Below are positions 42,107-44,273 of a stretch of 44,273 bases of DNA, in pieces. Both the position numbers and the translations under genes were made by a program. The notes under the pieces were generated by a model. It saw only the letters and a list, made by a program, of their open reading frames with translations. It had not been told where the DNA came from and searched no databases. The stretch comes from a virus. Lineage: Duplodnaviria > Caudoviricetes. The stretch is from IMG/VR virus record IMGVR_UViG_3300010362_000036, positions 1 to 44,273 of that record; one strand, 5' to 3'. The number at the start of each line of letters is the position of its first letter. Position 1 is the first letter of the stretch.

Positions 42107-42766
42107 TATGCTTGGAAGGAAAGCGACGAAGCGGAACGCGGTGTCCGGCATCCAACTCGTGAGCGGCGACATCGCACCGCCCGAGCGGAACTGCGTCCGG
42201 TAGACGAGCATCCAGCGCGAGAATTCGCGCCCCCACTCCTCGGTCATCTGCATCGCGAGATCCGGGTGGAGATTCCCGGCCTGCGCGAAGGCCTTCACGG
42301 CGTAGATCGTGATTAGCTCGCGTGCCATCTCTGGCATGAGCACCGGCTGCATCGATGCGCTGATCTCGGGCGGCGGGACGACGCCGCGCCAGTAGAGCGG
42401 ATACGGCAAGCTCCGATTGTTGGGAATGCGTATTTGCGTTCCCTCATTCAGATAGTCCCATCCCTCATTGAGCGGGAAGTCGGGAATATCTTCGAGCCGC
42501 CGGTAGATCCCCGCTTTGCCCATCGGGAAGAGCGGATAGCCGTTCGCGTCCGTGCCGAAGTTGAACGTCATGCCGCCGTCGGTCGTGACCATCTGCATCG
42601 GCGGCTGGACGAGCACTTCGGGCTGTCGCGCGAGAATCTCGCCCACGACCTTGGCCTGCCCCTCGGAGAGGTAGGTGTACTTCGTCGCGGGCGTGATGGC
42701 GTCCGCATCTGGTCGACCGGCGTAGCGATTGAACTGGTCGAGCAGGTACGCGCTATCCCACAGCAA
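42104..42766 (-). CDS. Head-tail adaptor (P22 gp4-like)
   Basis: YLSEGQ..V...L...PE helix pattern and C-terminal PEMARELITIYAV. Probable TTG start at 42766. Confidence 0.6.
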   Translation of the reverse strand: MLWDSAYLLDQFNRYAGRPDADAITPATKYTYLSEGQAKVVGEILARQPEVLVQPPMQMVTTDGGMTFNFGTDANGYPLFPMGKAGIYRRLEDIPDFPLNEGWDYLNEGTQIRIPNNRSLPYPLYWRGVVPPPEISASMQPVLMPEMARELITIYAVKAFAQAGNLHPDLAMQMTEEWGREFSRWMLVYRTQFRSGGAMSPLTSWMPDTAFRFVAFLPSI

Positions 42767-43439
42767 CGGACTTGCGTCCTGGGCGCGGCGGCGGAGCCGG
42801 TGGCAGATCGGCCTCGTCTTCGGCCAGGATCTTCGTCCGATTGATGAGCTGCTCGATCGGGATCTCGACCGCGCGACCGATGCGCAGGTCGCCACTGTAC
42901 AGCAGGCGCTCGATGTATTCGTTCTTCTCGTCGGTGAAGCCCAAGAGCCATTGATCTCCGGCGAGCGCGGCCTCGGCGATACGCGGCGTGCGCGGCGGCT
43001 GCCCGACGATCGCCTTGAGTTTCCAGGTGATCGCATCCCCGTGATCGGGGATCGGCAGGTTGAGCACAGCGGCCTCCCCGGCGGCGCGCTGGTAGTACTC
43101 ATCCCACGCCTGGCGATAGTCGGTGATCATGCGCTCATACATGATCGTGAAGCGATTCGTCTGCAGCGTGCCCATCGACATCTGCATGTATTTCGCTTCC
43201 GGGATCCACGGCGCCGTCCAGCCGCCATAGGGAATGAGCTCACCGACCGGCATCGGCAGCGCCGCGCCATCGGCGGGACGCTCGGTGACGCACCACCACG
43301 GGCGCCCGTCGGGGAACTTCGTCGGGTGCCGGTGCTGATCGAAGAAGAGACCGAGTCCACGCTGTTTGTTTTGATTCCAGCCTTCGACGGGCGGCTGAAA
43401 GCGGACCCCTTTGGGGCCTGGCATTTCGAGCGGGGGCAT
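42753..43439 (-). CDS. Hypothetical protein
   Basis: 228 aa between the head and adaptor genes. Confidence 0.6.
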   Translation of the reverse strand: MPPLEMPGPKGVRFQPPVEGWNQNKQRGLGLFFDQHRHPTKFPDGRPWWCVTERPADGAALPMPVGELIPYGGWTAPWIPEAKYMQMSMGTLQTNRFTIMYERMITDYRQAWDEYYQRAAGEAAVLNLPIPDHGDAITWKLKAIVGQPPRTPRIAEAALAGDQWLLGFTDEKNEYIERLLYSGDLRIGRAVEIPIEQLINRTKILAEDEADLPPAPPPRPGRKSVAVG

Positions 43440-43450
43440 AATGAGTGTTG

Positions 43451-44239
43451 TTAAAACGCGGGATGCGACGCAGGCGCGTAGCCGGTCGCAAGGAAGTGGT
43501 CCCTGAGATCGAGCGCCGCCGCCACCTCAGTCTTCGAGGCGGGCCGCAGTACCCGATCGGCTTCGCTACGCTTCGAGAACCACGTGAGAAAATCGCCCGA
43601 CGGTTGGATCGCGCCGTCGAACCAGTCGAGGAAATGTTTACGGAATTCGTAATCGGCGGCGTCCGCTTCATCGCGCAGGCCTTTCTCGATCGCGGAGCGC
43701 TCGAAGAGCCGCTCGACCATGCCGCCCGCCTGGAGCAGCAAATCGTGGGACTGAATGCGCCGCAATACGCGCAGGTCGAACGGGCGATAGCGCATCGCGC
43801 CGACCGGCGGCGGCACCGTGGGCTCGCCCATCGCCTTGAACTGCGCGGCCTCGACGTCGCTGTACGCTGCCGGGTGACCGCCCGGTGGACCCTGCAAGAT
43901 CCAGAAGGGTCGCGTGTAGCCACCGTGCTGCCGGTAATACCGCCACTGATAGTCATCCACAAACGCATATCGCCCGGGCTTCTGGCCATTCGGCAATGAC
44001 CACGGCGGGCGATCTTCGAGCATGGCGCGAATGCCCGGCGGAATCGCGTGCTTCGGCTGGACCTGTTCTAGCGTCCAGCGCGATCGATCGGTCATTTGCC
44101 CGCGCTTGAAGCCCGCCGTGAAGACCCAGCGGAACTCCAAGTGCGAGAGGATGCCGGTGATCGGGTCGTGCTGCCGGAGCAAGCGCTCCCACTCCGGCGG
44201 CACAGCCCGTGAGTATTCTGCGACCACGCTGCACTTCAC
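43451..44239 (-). CDS. Hypothetical protein
   Basis: 262 aa, GTGA coupling to an upstream stop. Confidence 0.6.
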   Translation of the reverse strand: MKCSVVAEYSRAVPPEWERLLRQHDPITGILSHLEFRWVFTAGFKRGQMTDRSRWTLEQVQPKHAIPPGIRAMLEDRPPWSLPNGQKPGRYAFVDDYQWRYYRQHGGYTRPFWILQGPPGGHPAAYSDVEAAQFKAMGEPTVPPPVGAMRYRPFDLRVLRRIQSHDLLLQAGGMVERLFERSAIEKGLRDEADAADYEFRKHFLDWFDGAIQPSGDFLTWFSKRSEADRVLRPASKTEVAAALDLRDHFLATGYAPASHPAF

Positions 44240-44273
44240 AGGAGCACGATCGGTCGCAACTGCTGATCGCCCA
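44236..44273 (-). CDS. C-terminal fragment (..GDQQLRPIVLL*) of an upstream gene, probably the gene truncated at 1-420
   Basis: TGA at 44236-44238 overlaps the GTG of the next gene. Confidence 0.4.
   Translation of the reverse strand, partial: GDQQLRPIVLL

Noticed and set aside
44240-44273. Direct circular join of the window end to base 1
   Set aside because: No terminal overlap, and the join does not give the reading frame that ends at the coupled TGA; some sequence is missing.

Overview
The window is a nearly complete, circularly permuted genome of a high-GC (roughly 65%, estimated by eye) tailed phage. It is probably temperate and podovirus-like: it has P22-type portal, adaptor, gp10-like and ejection proteins and no tape measure. 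The minus strand carries the late genes (terS, terL, CHAP endolysin, portal, an S74-chaperoned fibre, scaffold, capsid, then adaptor, tail and ejection genes at 34-44 kb). It also carries a Cro-like/ERF/Xis/Int operon and a middle operon with a DpdA/TGT-like gene, an XF1762/Mom-like gene and a VRR-NUC nuclease. The plus strand from 16 to 25.5 kb is an early/accessory region (GP88-like, LPD29, DUF3846-like, HTH regulators, SLOG). No replication enzymes are recognisable. The most notable signals are: (1) a complete attP-like architecture at 30.17-30.54 kb, whose 20-bp arm repeat and half of whose core recur 15 kb away beside the putative packaging site, served by an integrase that lacks the box-I catalytic Arg; (2) a ~340-nt intergenic segment with many helices and two crossing (pseudoknot-like) long-range pairings; (3) a duplicated adaptor+fibre cassette bounded by exact 19-bp direct repeats at gene junctions; (4) a coupled TGT-like + Mom-like DNA-modification pair with no Que biosynthesis genes. 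All family calls come from motif recognition only; no searches were run.
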